Positions 1 to 9,224 of a DNA stretch of 20,000 nt are shown here, in pieces. A program made the translations under genes and the position numbers. Within the stretch, counting starts at the first letter, position 1; each line of letters starts with the position of its first letter. The stretch lies in the NCBI GenBank assembly GCA_977018835.1, contig OZ361256.1, positions 7,488,894-7,508,893 on the forward strand, read 5' to 3'. The notes below the pieces were generated by a model. The model saw nothing but the letters and a program-made list of their open reading frames with translations, did not search any database and was not told where the DNA came from. This DNA comes from Minutocellus sp. GHC0000111 (lineage: Eukaryota).

Positions 1-126
1 GTGCTTGTTTTGGTTGCTCGAGGCAGTACCGGCTGCATTGCTCGTGATGACGTGTGAACAGCACAGGACACACAACAAAATTTGCCACGACGATAGGGAT
101 GTCATCATGTCTCGTCTTCTCTTCAT
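1..126 (-). CDS. Probable 5' end of a secreted or membrane protein running off the left edge
   Basis: My translation of the minus strand from ATG at 126 is MKRRRDMMTSLSSWQILLCVLCCSHVITSNAAGTASSNQNKH, open to position 1. It has a basic N-region, a hydrophobic core and a small-residue cleavage-like site. An alternative in-frame ATG lies at 195. It is divergent from the gene at 742. Confidence 0.45.
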   Translation of the reverse strand, partial: MKRRRDMMTSLSSWQILLCVLCCSHVITSNAAGTASSNQNKH

Positions 127-741
127 GGTTTTGGATTGCGCAGCATACGCTTGGGGTGGTCTACGAACGGTCCTTGACCCCTCGCATTTCAGCATGAGTT
201 GTGCCGTTTCTTCCTAGGACTTCTCATTCTTTTTCTTCGTAATGGCAATTTCCTCTTTCTTCTTTCCCTTTCTCAAACATGCACATTCTTCAATTTGAGC
301 TCATAACCTAGAAAGTTTTATGCCCCTTTCCGGGTCTCCAAGAAACTTCCGGGGGTCCCCACTTGTTGCATTGGTCTCGCGGCGAGAGTGCAACTGACGT
401 ACCATCGCTTCATGTTTCTGAGGACCATAAGTTCCCATTGACAGGACCGTGGATGCTCGCTTACCCAACAACCCCCCACCATCGAAGAAGTCTCTCACAT
501 CATTCCAAGGAGGGATTGCGTGTGCGGTGGTGGGCCGTGGTTGTTGCGTAGTTTTTTTGGCACGCGATCGATCGATTCAGTCCATTTGTGTTGTTGTGCG
601 ACCGCGCACGGAAGTCATTTTGATTCTTCCGTTTCTTCAAGGTTCGATTGGGAAGTTTGGGGATTTTGACGTGATCCATCGTCCCAGAAAACACCACCTA
701 CACACAATAAACAGACGGCAACCATTCTGGATCTGGAGATA

Positions 742-3700
742 ATGTACCCGCTCTCGGCCCTGGCCGCCGCTGAGGCGTCACCGAACGATGCGGCCGATGG
801 TTCGGCGGGAGGCCTGATGCCCGCATCGACGTCGACCATCCTTTCGGTCGAGGTCCCTCAGAGCGTCAGCCTATCGTCGGCCGAGGAGGTTACGGCGGCC
901 TCGGCAACGGCGGCGGCGATGGCGGCCCAGCACTACGGAAACATGCCCCCGCCGGTGTCCTCCGCCGGCGTTTACATAAATGGCACATACAATTCACAGT
1001 ACCATAATCATCATCACGCACAACATCATCAACATGAGCCGCATCAATACCAAGCGCAATCAGCACCGTCATCGTCGTCGCATCACATCTTCTCCTATTC
1101 CTCGGAGCATTTTGCTCCGGAGCCGGCATCGTCTTCCATTCTGGCCCGAGCGGCGGTGCCGTCGCATCATGCCTATCAGAATGGACACGGATCTGCGGGG
1201 GGCAACAATGGTTTGTACTGCGGGTCCGGCGGCGGCGGCAGACATGTCGCCGCCGGTAGGTCGACCTATGCCCGCGACCACGACGACGATACGCAGCGCA
1301 AGCCACCCAGCCTGGCCAAGTATATGGCATCGCTCGGCAAGGGGTTGCCGCAGAAGCCACGGAAGCAGCGGCCGAAGCGATCGGCGTCACTGGGTACGTC
1401 CCGTTCGTCGTCGAGGTCGTCCAGCCCGACCAATTCGACTTCCGGGGGACATCACAACAACTCTGACGGAGATGGCGGAGGAGGAGGCGTCGGAGGTCCT
1501 CCCGACGGCGGCCTTGTCACCGAGGACGACATGATGTACGAGTCCGAGTCGGACGCAGCCGCGGCAGGAGCAGGTGGAGGCCGATCGAAGCGCAAGTCGG
1601 CCAAGGCCGCACGGAACTACCTACAGCGCGTCATGCGCTATGTGCAGGGGAAGAAGTCCACGGCGGCCTTGGCCAATGGGTCTCACCCTCGCAGCGGCTT
1701 TGGCGGCGACGACGATGACAACAATTCTGCATCAACTTCCACCAAGGGACGGAAACGATCGGCATCTCCGACGCCCAACGGCAGCGGCGGCGGGGGTGAA
1801 GGTGACGACGGTGGTGAGAGCAAACGGAAACGAAGAAAGGACAAGGGCGGTTCCAGAAAACGCAAGCCATCGTCCTCCGGCAGCAATGCCCGGGTCGTTT
1901 CCAACGAATCTACCACCGACGGTAAGAAGGCCAATGGGTACGACGATTCCGACGTAGATATGGCCGACGATGATGCCAGTTCCGACTCCCTTACCTCCGA
2001 CGTCGATGACATCTCGTCCTCCGAGGATGAGGATGAGGCCGAACCAGAACCAACCTTCCACGAGGTCAAGAAGGACGATTTGTCCGAAGATTCTCGCGTC
2101 CTCGTCGCCTATCGCAACTCCCTTTACAAGGCGACCATTCGAAAGGTCCGGAACAGAGAAGGGAAGGAGACCGATTACCTCATCCATTACGATGGCAACA
2201 AGAAGTCCAACGTCCACTGGGTGCCCCTATCAAAATTACGGGCTCGGCTCGATGAGCAAGATCAACCTCTCGTCGTACCTCTCACTCCTGAGGAAGAGAA
2301 GGCGCGTGAGGAGCGTAAGCTGGAAAGGGAAAAGAAGCTTAAGGCCAGGGAGGCCCGACGGAAGAAGAAGGAAGAAAAGGAGCGCCGGAAGAGGCAAAAG
2401 CAGCAGTCCAGTGCCGACGATGGTGCCGACCACGACATTAAGAATGACGCCGACGACGACGAAGAGGAGTCCGACGAGGATTGGGAGTATCCCCGCGGCA
2501 AGGATGTGTATGTTGAGTACGAGGAGAAGCTCTATCGGTGTACCATCCTCAACCGCCGAAAGAAGAAGGGGCATTATCAGTACTTTGTCTATTGGGACGG
2601 CTTCAAGAAGACGCACAACTCCTGGGTGAAGGAGGATGACATTCAAAAGATTACTGCTTACTCGTCCCGGCGTTTTAACAAGCAATCAGTAGATGAATCT
2701 TCCGATTCTGAAGAGGAAGAAGAGTGGGAATACCCCATCGGTAAGGACGTGTATGTCGAGTACGACGAGCGACTGTACAGGGCCACCGTGATGAATCGAC
2801 GGATGAGGAAGGGTTCGTATCAGTATCTTGTTCATTATGATGGATTCAAAAAGGCATCTGATGGCTGGGTCAAGGAGGACAATGTTCACAAGATTACTGC
2901 CTACACTTCTCGACGCTTCAACAAGCAGAATGCCGAGGAGGAGGCGCCGGAAGAAGAATCAGAGGAGGAGGAGGAAGAGGAGGAGGCAGTCGAAGAGGAA
3001 GCCGACGACAAGGTCGAAGAAGAAGATTATCCGGAGGGCACTGTTGTGTACGTCGAATATAACGATCTGCTCTATCGTGCCACCGTACTGGACAGACGTA
3101 TGCGAAAGGGATCCTCCGAGTTCTTTGTCCACTACGAAGGTTACAAGAAGACGGCCGACCGATGGGTCAAATACGCCGATGTGCACAAGAGGACCGCCTA
3201 CACTTCCAGGCGATACAACAAGGAACGAAGACTTGCAGAAGCTGGTGCCGCCAACGGCGGTGCCAATGATTCCAAGTCCACCGCGTCGGCCAGTAGCCGA
3301 TCCAAGGCACCATCTGAGGTCGACCTCTCCGACGAGGACAATATGCTGCTCGATATGAAGGGTATTCAATCTGGCGTTGAGTTCCTCCCTGGATCTTCCG
3401 TTTTCGTCAAGTGGAAGGAGGCCTTGTATCTGGCCAAGATGGTGAAGCGCCGCATTCGTGCTGGTGAGACGCAGTACTTCATCACATACAATGGCTTTCG
3501 GGATAGCTCCAACGCTTGGGTATCGTTGGACAATATCTACGAGATCAACCCTCAAACGAGGAAGATTTTCGAAAAGAAAGACACCAAACAAGTGCGGACC
3601 AAAACTAGTCAAGAACATTTGAATAGAGTGACGGCAGGCAATGTCAGAAAGAATAAACCTGTGTCCAGACAGGTATCGAGGCAGTCATCTACCGGGTCGA

Positions 3701-3951
3701 TGTCCGGTCTAGATGCTCTGGAACAAGTCGAGTCGGGCGTTTCCTTCATGCCGGGATCAACCCTCTTCGCGAAGGTTGGCGATGAATTGCACCTTGCAAA
3801 GATGGTGAAAAAGAGGGGCAATGCCGACACCTATATGGAATACTTTGTCAGCTACACCAAGAAGAAGAGGACGGTAGATGTCTGGGTGAAGCTTGACAAT
3901 TGCTATGAGATCAATGCGCAGACAAAACGGATCTACAACAAGCAGAAATAA
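742..3951 (+). CDS. Multi Tudor-knot (chromo-barrel, MRG15/Eaf3/Esa1-like) domain protein, six copies; probably nuclear and chromatin-associated
   Basis: Uninterrupted 1069-aa ORF. Six repeats of the pattern (Y/F)PxG..V(Y/F)V.Y...LY.A........YF(V/I)HY.G(F/Y)K.....WV. The disordered N-terminus has basic NLS-like clusters (KRKRRKDK, RKRK), and acidic linkers separate the repeats. Confidence 0.9.
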   Translation: MYPLSALAAAEASPNDAADGSAGGLMPASTSTILSVEVPQSVSLSSAEEVTAASATAAAMAAQHYGNMPPPVSSAGVYINGTYNSQYHNHHHAQHHQHEPHQYQAQSAPSSSSHHIFSYSSEHFAPEPASSSILARAAVPSHHAYQNGHGSAGGNNGLYCGSGGGGRHVAAGRSTYARDHDDDTQRKPPSLAKYMASLGKGLPQKPRKQRPKRSASLGTSRSSSRSSSPTNSTSGGHHNNSDGDGGGGGVGGPPDGGLVTEDDMMYESESDAAAAGAGGGRSKRKSAKAARNYLQRVMRYVQGKKSTAALANGSHPRSGFGGDDDDNNSASTSTKGRKRSASPTPNGSGGGGEGDDGGESKRKRRKDKGGSRKRKPSSSGSNARVVSNESTTDGKKANGYDDSDVDMADDDASSDSLTSDVDDISSSEDEDEAEPEPTFHEVKKDDLSEDSRVLVAYRNSLYKATIRKVRNREGKETDYLIHYDGNKKSNVHWVPLSKLRARLDEQDQPLVVPLTPEEEKAREERKLEREKKLKAREARRKKKEEKERRKRQKQQSSADDGADHDIKNDADDDEEESDEDWEYPRGKDVYVEYEEKLYRCTILNRRKKKGHYQYFVYWDGFKKTHNSWVKEDDIQKITAYSSRRFNKQSVDESSDSEEEEEWEYPIGKDVYVEYDERLYRATVMNRRMRKGSYQYLVHYDGFKKASDGWVKEDNVHKITAYTSRRFNKQNAEEEAPEEESEEEEEEEEAVEEEADDKVEEEDYPEGTVVYVEYNDLLYRATVLDRRMRKGSSEFFVHYEGYKKTADRWVKYADVHKRTAYTSRRYNKERRLAEAGAANGGANDSKSTASASSRSKAPSEVDLSDEDNMLLDMKGIQSGVEFLPGSSVFVKWKEALYLAKMVKRRIRAGETQYFITYNGFRDSSNAWVSLDNIYEINPQTRKIFEKKDTKQVRTKTSQEHLNRVTAGNVRKNKPVSRQVSRQSSTGSMSGLDALEQVESGVSFMPGSTLFAKVGDELHLAKMVKKRGNADTYMEYFVSYTKKKRTVDVWVKLDNCYEINAQTKRIYNKQK
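2482..3225 (+). repeat. Three closely related internal Tudor-knot repeats (copies 2-4) inside the CDS
   Basis: WEYPRGKDVYVEY..ITAYSSRRFNKQ, WEYPIGKDVYVEY..ITAYTSRRFNKQ and DYPEGTVVYVEY..RTAYTSRRYNKE. Nucleotide similarity is still visible: aagattactgcttactcgtcccggcgttttaacaagca versus aagattactgcctacacttctcgacgcttcaacaagca. Confidence 0.9.
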
Positions 3952-4286
3952 AAATGACGGGCCAACCAACGATCTGAAATGTTATGCGACCGTTTCCCTC
4001 CAAGGTCAAATAAATAGATTGGTTTCAGAGAGGTTTTTTATGCATGGGGACAGATCTAGATCTTGCTACGTGTATTGGATGATTTTATGTGCTGGATGTA
4101 AAAGAAATCATGAAGATGATTCCTTTGAATCAATCTTCCAGTTGCCTCTTTTTTTGCATCTGGCCTACATAATTTTATGTAAATACAGCTGCTTTCTAAT
4201 ACTCGTTGCATATTGTACCGGTATTATATCGTGGTATGGTGGATTCATAGCTTGTTTATTTTTATTCTTAAATTTACATCATTTAT

Positions 4287-5930
4287 TTATCCGACAGTTT
4301 CAAGCTGGATGATACCGAGGCACTGCCGCTCCTTGAGGAATTCTTTGTGTGCAGGATGATCTTCAGGGAAGAGGGTAAATGTAACCAAAAAGCTAGGAAC
4401 AACCATGCGACTGTCAGTCAGCACATCTCTCAGGGTTGCCGCAGGATGGACACGAACAACCGAGGAAGGGTCGGGCTTGGCCCAAAGACTTCCGTGAGCC
4501 TTCTTCCACGCCTTTCTCTGCTGGTGCAGCTTCTTTCGCTCGACGAGACGGGCGAGGTTGGACATCTCCTCTCCTTCATCGCCCTTGAGGGCGCGAGAAG
4601 ACTCAAAGAATCGCATTGCTTCTCCTTGTGTCTTTAGGCGCTCCACAGATTCCGGATGGACGGGCTCGCCCTTGCGCTCAGTGCAATGTACTTCAAAGTA
4701 GATGGCAAGATTGGTGCACTTGAACTCGTTGTTGTAATCCCACGGCATATGTGTTTCGATAGACCCGGTATCTTCCGGCTCGGGGAACATTTCCGCCATC
4801 CGGAGGGCAAGCATTTCGGATTCGCCAAAATGTCTCACAAAATCTGATTGGCGATGCGAGGGATAGATGAACATGACAGGCCACGTCCACTCTCCATCGA
4901 TCTGAGAACGTTCTGGAAGCAGTCCAGTGTGAGGGAAGTGGTTGTGCCAACGAGCCTCTTGGGCTTCGTCATCTTCACCGAGCTCTTCGTCTTCTTCGTC
5001 CGTCACAGACGCAACGAGGGGAACTCGTCCTAGGCCAATACCAGACTCATCGCAATGCTTCCACACTCCCTTCACCTTGACTGCCCGTTCGGCTCTGGCC
5101 CTCTCCCTCTTTTGCCGCTCTTGTCGTGCCTTCCGAATCTTACCCTCGAGGAGCTTTTGCAATTTGAGCAGATCGGTATTCTTATCCTCTCCAGGAACGG
5201 CCAGGCCAGACTCAATGGCGTCTCCGGCTTCCTCCCATTTCTTGAGCATCTGATTGGCCTTGGCAAGGCGATACCATGCCTTGACATTTTTGGGATCGTA
5301 TCCAACTGCCTTGGTTGCATCCTCCCGAGCGAAGCCCCAATTTTTGAGCATGGTGTGCGCCATGGCAGCGTTGGAACAAAGCGTCGCCTTGACAGCATCA
5401 AGTTCTTCCTTGGTGTAGAACGGTCCCTCCTCGAGAGGTTGGCCTTTCTCATCCTTCTCGGGTTCATATCCTGGCTCTACAGGATTCACTCGGTCAGCAT
5501 GGAACGACGCCTCGTAGTAATGATTGACCGCATCTCGGTAGTACTGCACGTTCTTTGCCACATTCTTCTTACCCGAAACGAATGCATCATTTCCCTTCTT
5601 CTTACAGCTGAGCATCATAACTTCCGGTGGGTCATCGTACTGCAAACTCGCGAATGCCTCGGTCAGACCAGTGCGTTCCAGCTCATCCTCCGTGCTGGCG
5701 AAGAGCGGGGGGATGTAGTCATCGTCGAGAATCTTGTCCAGATAGGCCTGCCGTTCACCATCCTTCCAACCCTTGCCCTGCTCAATGGCCAGAGCAATTG
5801 CCTCGGACAGAAGCTTATCGGTGTCGTCTGGTCCATCTGGATTGGCGGCATCCTCTGCGTCCCACTCCGCCTTCTTTTTGGCCATTGCCTCCATCAATTC
5901 ATCGTGCTGCTTTTTGGCTTCGGACGTCAT
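4287..5930 (-). CDS. TTC4: TPR co-chaperone TTC4/Cns1 (Hsp70/Hsp90)
   Basis: Intact ORF with ATG at 5930. It has the N-terminal PLF motif, three TPR motifs (KKKGNDAF..YYRDAVNHYYEA; LCSNAAMAH..NWGFAREDATKA..DPKNVKAWYRLAKA) and the wheel-domain signature WPVMFIYP..RQSDFV. Confidence 0.9.
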   Translation of the reverse strand: MTSEAKKQHDELMEAMAKKKAEWDAEDAANPDGPDDTDKLLSEAIALAIEQGKGWKDGERQAYLDKILDDDYIPPLFASTEDELERTGLTEAFASLQYDDPPEVMMLSCKKKGNDAFVSGKKNVAKNVQYYRDAVNHYYEASFHADRVNPVEPGYEPEKDEKGQPLEEGPFYTKEELDAVKATLCSNAAMAHTMLKNWGFAREDATKAVGYDPKNVKAWYRLAKANQMLKKWEEAGDAIESGLAVPGEDKNTDLLKLQKLLEGKIRKARQERQKRERARAERAVKVKGVWKHCDESGIGLGRVPLVASVTDEEDEELGEDDEAQEARWHNHFPHTGLLPERSQIDGEWTWPVMFIYPSHRQSDFVRHFGESEMLALRMAEMFPEPEDTGSIETHMPWDYNNEFKCTNLAIYFEVHCTERKGEPVHPESVERLKTQGEAMRFFESSRALKGDEGEEMSNLARLVERKKLHQQRKAWKKAHGSLWAKPDPSSVVRVHPAATLRDVLTDSRMVVPSFLVTFTLFPEDHPAHKEFLKERQCLGIIQLETVG

Positions 5931-6184
5931 GATCAAAGAGTGGTGGTTTTGTTAAATATGGAAAGGGGACACAAAACCTTGAATGGAATGCGGAATTCGA
6001 GAATGGAAAGGTACCGGTGGCGAGGGTAAAATGAGCAATGAGGCGAATGAGCTGCCTGTTGAGACGGACGGCTCTCGCGCGTCGACGAAAATGAACGATG
6101 GACAGACGGACACGATCGTTTTTACTCATTTTCTTCGAGCCTCCACCCCGCCCCACCCCCCGCCACAACCGCTACACTACCACC

Positions 6185-6640
6185 ATGTCCGCAGCCGCTG
6201 CATCTCAGCGGACAACAGTCCTCAGCACATATCGCATCCTTTCTCGGTTGGTGCGATGCATGCCAGAATCGAAACAGGCGGCAGGTCTCAAGGAATTGCG
6301 AGAGGGGTACCGGAAAAATATCGCAGCAAAGGAAGACGAAGTACAAGACCTTATCAACGAAGCCGGGAAGAAGATTGCCTATCTGCGCATTATAACGCCC
6401 AAGCGTGAATGGACCGGTTCGGCGGCAGCAACAGAAGAAAAATCAGAAGATGGCACAACTCGATGGGTGTACAGCAGCGATGGCAAGTCGGCAGATGGAA
6501 AAGGTACTGTCCGACGGACGGGGCAGGTTCATTCGAACTGGGATGGGAAGAACCTCGACCCTTGCTCTGTGAAAAGACATAATCAGCAATTGAAGAGGGC
6601 TGGGTTTGTGAACAATTTACATGCCAAGGGCTTGTTCTAG
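6185..6640 (+). CDS. LYR-motif (Complex1_LYR-like) protein with C-terminal extension
   Basis: ATG at 6185, 151 aa. VLSTYRILSRLVRCMP...LKELREGYRKN...VQDLINEAGKKIAYL matches the LYRM three-helix pattern, with TYR for LYR and Y at the conserved F position. Confidence 0.75.
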   Translation: MSAAAASQRTTVLSTYRILSRLVRCMPESKQAAGLKELREGYRKNIAAKEDEVQDLINEAGKKIAYLRIITPKREWTGSAAATEEKSEDGTTRWVYSSDGKSADGKGTVRRTGQVHSNWDGKNLDPCSVKRHNQQLKRAGFVNNLHAKGLF

Positions 6641-6843
6641 AGTTCTGATTGGGTATGCTGGAGTGACATTGGAGAGTGGCATGTACTGCGTATAAAAGCC
6701 GTGAAGTTTGATCAGAATGACTACGCAGCTAAATTTACCTTTGGTGTGTACCTAGTGGTAGGTAGTTCTTGAACAAGCAAGCCTCTTCAGACTCTATGTC
6801 TATCTCATTAGCAATCGTTATTGTGCCGCCTCAAGCCTATGGT

Positions 6844-9077
6844 CTAAAGTCTACCGCCCTCACCGGCACCTAAGCTGACGCTAGCCGCTCGGGCATCCTC
6901 GGCTGCATTTTCATCTCCCAAGCGGTCCAAGACGACGCTGTATCTCCACCAGGATTCTGGCGAATTTGGACGCAAACTCACAGCCTCGCTGCATACAGAT
7001 CTTGCAAGGCAAAGGCATTCAAAGTCATCTGATAATACAGCCGCGTGGCAAAGACCCTGGTCGAGAAGAGCTCTGGCATCTATATCCCATATTTGGCCAT
7101 GTCGAGCCTCTGCAAGACAATTTGCAACAGCCTTCCAAGCCTCTTTGGTCGCTTCATCATTCGCATCACTATCGATTCCTTCTCCACCAAGATTCATAGC
7201 TCGACCCAAGAGGAATGCGCCCTCGGCAAGCTTATTGAAGATAGGTTCGACATTTCCCTCGGTCAAATCTTTGTTTCCCAACACCAACGAGGAGGCAACT
7301 CGTGCAAGAGGATAGAACGCGAGGGCGGAAGACGCATGTGTTTCTTTTGGATAGAATTCCAACGTCTTCTCCCACGCAGCCTTCAGATCCCTCCAACGAT
7401 AATCTTTCTCCGATATAGCCCCACAAAATGTTAAGCGCAAAAGCAGCATTGTTGCCTCGGTCGACACTTGCGGTGATGGAGGCAGCCACGTCAAAGCATC
7501 GATCGCAGTTCGCTTTGTACCTTGAGGTCTTTCATCTTCAATATCATCGCTTTGTTTGCTTGCCGTCTCATCTGCATCAGCATTGCTGCCTCCTCCACCA
7601 AATAGAGAGGAAAACATTGACTTGGCCGCTCCTCCTGCATGTTTCATCATCAAGCGCCGTTGGTCCCTCGGGGCCAATCTTGTTGAAGCGATGGCGTCAG
7701 GCTCAGCGTCGTATTGTATGATCCGCTGAAAAGCAGATTCGTACATTCGTCCGGCACTTCGTCCGGCACCTGCCGCGTCTCTGTCCAAGGCAAATCGGGC
7801 TCCATACCCACCCAATCTAGAGTCATGGAACAGATGACCACATCTCTCGTAATGCTGCGTCCCATCATACCCACTGAGCATCGATGTACCCTCTGACGAC
7901 CGACCCTCGGCATCGTATATGCAGCCGCCAGAGCCCAAACAGCCACTCCACCAGCACCGGCATCATCCCTCGTCAATGCCTCCTCGGCGAGTCGCTCGGC
8001 CTCGACGTACCGACCGCCGGCGGCATATCCTACAGCAATTAGGGCAGTGCCGATGGAATGTCCGGGCTGAACGGCATTGGTCACGCCCGGTAGGCCTCTC
8101 CTCCCGCGTTCGTTCCAGTACGATGCAACCGCCGTTGCCGCTCGGAGGGCGGCAGCTCCATCCGACAAAGTGGAGGACACATCCAACGCCAAGGACAGAG
8201 CCAGGGCATCTCCGGGGCAAAGCTGCAAGATCTTCTGGTAGCATTCCAACGCCTGGCGGTGATCATCATCCAGCAGATGGTGCAATGCCCTGAGATGATG
8301 CTGCTCTCTCGGACTAAGGGTGTCGTCGTCGCTATCCTTGAATGAGGCTGCGTAGTGAGCCATGGGCATCATTTGAATGATGGTAGGATTTCGAGGCGAT
8401 GCCGCCACTGTAGCTGATGACAAAATGCAATCCACATTCGCTACATATTCCGAACCAGCTTGCGCCAGTAGCGGCGCAACTGCCGCCACCACGAGCATGG
8501 GCGCAGCCGTACTGATGCTGGCATCGGCACTGCCCTGGCTTGCCCTCTTTGCACTACCATCATTCCACTGCATGGCTCGCTCAAGCAGTTCCACCCAGGA
8601 AATAGCGTACGAGTGAGCCGATTTGGTCGGGATGCCCTCCTCGTCGGCCCCGCCGTCGGCCGATTTGCCCTTGGAAACGACCGAAACGATGTGAGTGTCC
8701 AACGCCGCCATGGCCAGCGCTGGGTCGCCGGTGGTCCTGTCGTTGCCCCCGAGGAAGGTTACTGGCTCCTCAAAGAAGTCCGAGTAGTGCTGAAGTTGCT
8801 GGTGCTGGGGGTCATTATCGTCTTGCTCTGAAATAGAGGCAGCAGCACCGTCACTGAACGCACGGCAGTGAAGACCTCCTGAGTGAGGGCTGCTGCTCGT
8901 ACCGCATGAAATAGTACGTGTAGTGGCGACACATGATGTGCTGGTTTTGGTCCGAGAATCCAGCGAACGAAGATATCGCGGGTCCACGGCTGTCACTACT
9001 GTTCTATTCTGTCGCAGCAGGGACCCTACGCCCGCCGCTGCTCGACGTCGGAGGAGGAGTCTGCTGCTCAACATCAT
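6844..9077 (-). CDS. TTC38: TTC38-like TPR protein with mitochondrial-type presequence; one apparent frameshift at about 7915-7922
   Basis: LSPREQHHLRAL..ALECYQKILQLCPGDALAL and GRYVEAERLAEEAL..VAVWALAAAY|DAEGRSSEG match TTC38 motifs. The two overlapping ORFs (7650..9215 and 6844..7938) join at GCA TA TAC GAT. The likely start is MMLSSRLLLRRR at 9077. Confidence 0.7.
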
Positions 9078-9224
9078 GGAGCGGCCGGATGGCATGGAGA
9101 ATGAGCGGCGAGGAATGAGCGGATTTGCAGCCATGCATAGCTGGTCCCTTCTCGGGAACAACAGCTCCAACTCAAACTCAAAAGCTATAACCAGCTCATA
9201 AAAATTCAAACGCATCAGCCGACG

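Noticed and set aside
218..741. Short ORFs or an RNA gene in the first intergenic region
   Set aside because: No coding signatures and no tRNA, snRNA or rRNA motifs recognised. It is most likely divergent promoter and UTR sequence.
2482..3225. Spaced direct repeats resembling a CRISPR-like array or mobile element
   Set aside because: They are diverged protein-domain repeats differing largely at synonymous positions, with no cas, transposase or terminal repeats nearby.
4052..4063. Palindrome AGATCTAGATCT, with AGATCTAGAT again at 15992-16001, both in 3' regions
   Set aside because: Only two short occurrences, which cannot be distinguished from chance without a genome-wide count.
5055..6029. 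324-aa antisense ORF over TTC4, and similar long antisense or shadow ORFs over other genes
   Set aside because: No recognisable motifs. These are an expected by-product of codon bias in the sense gene.
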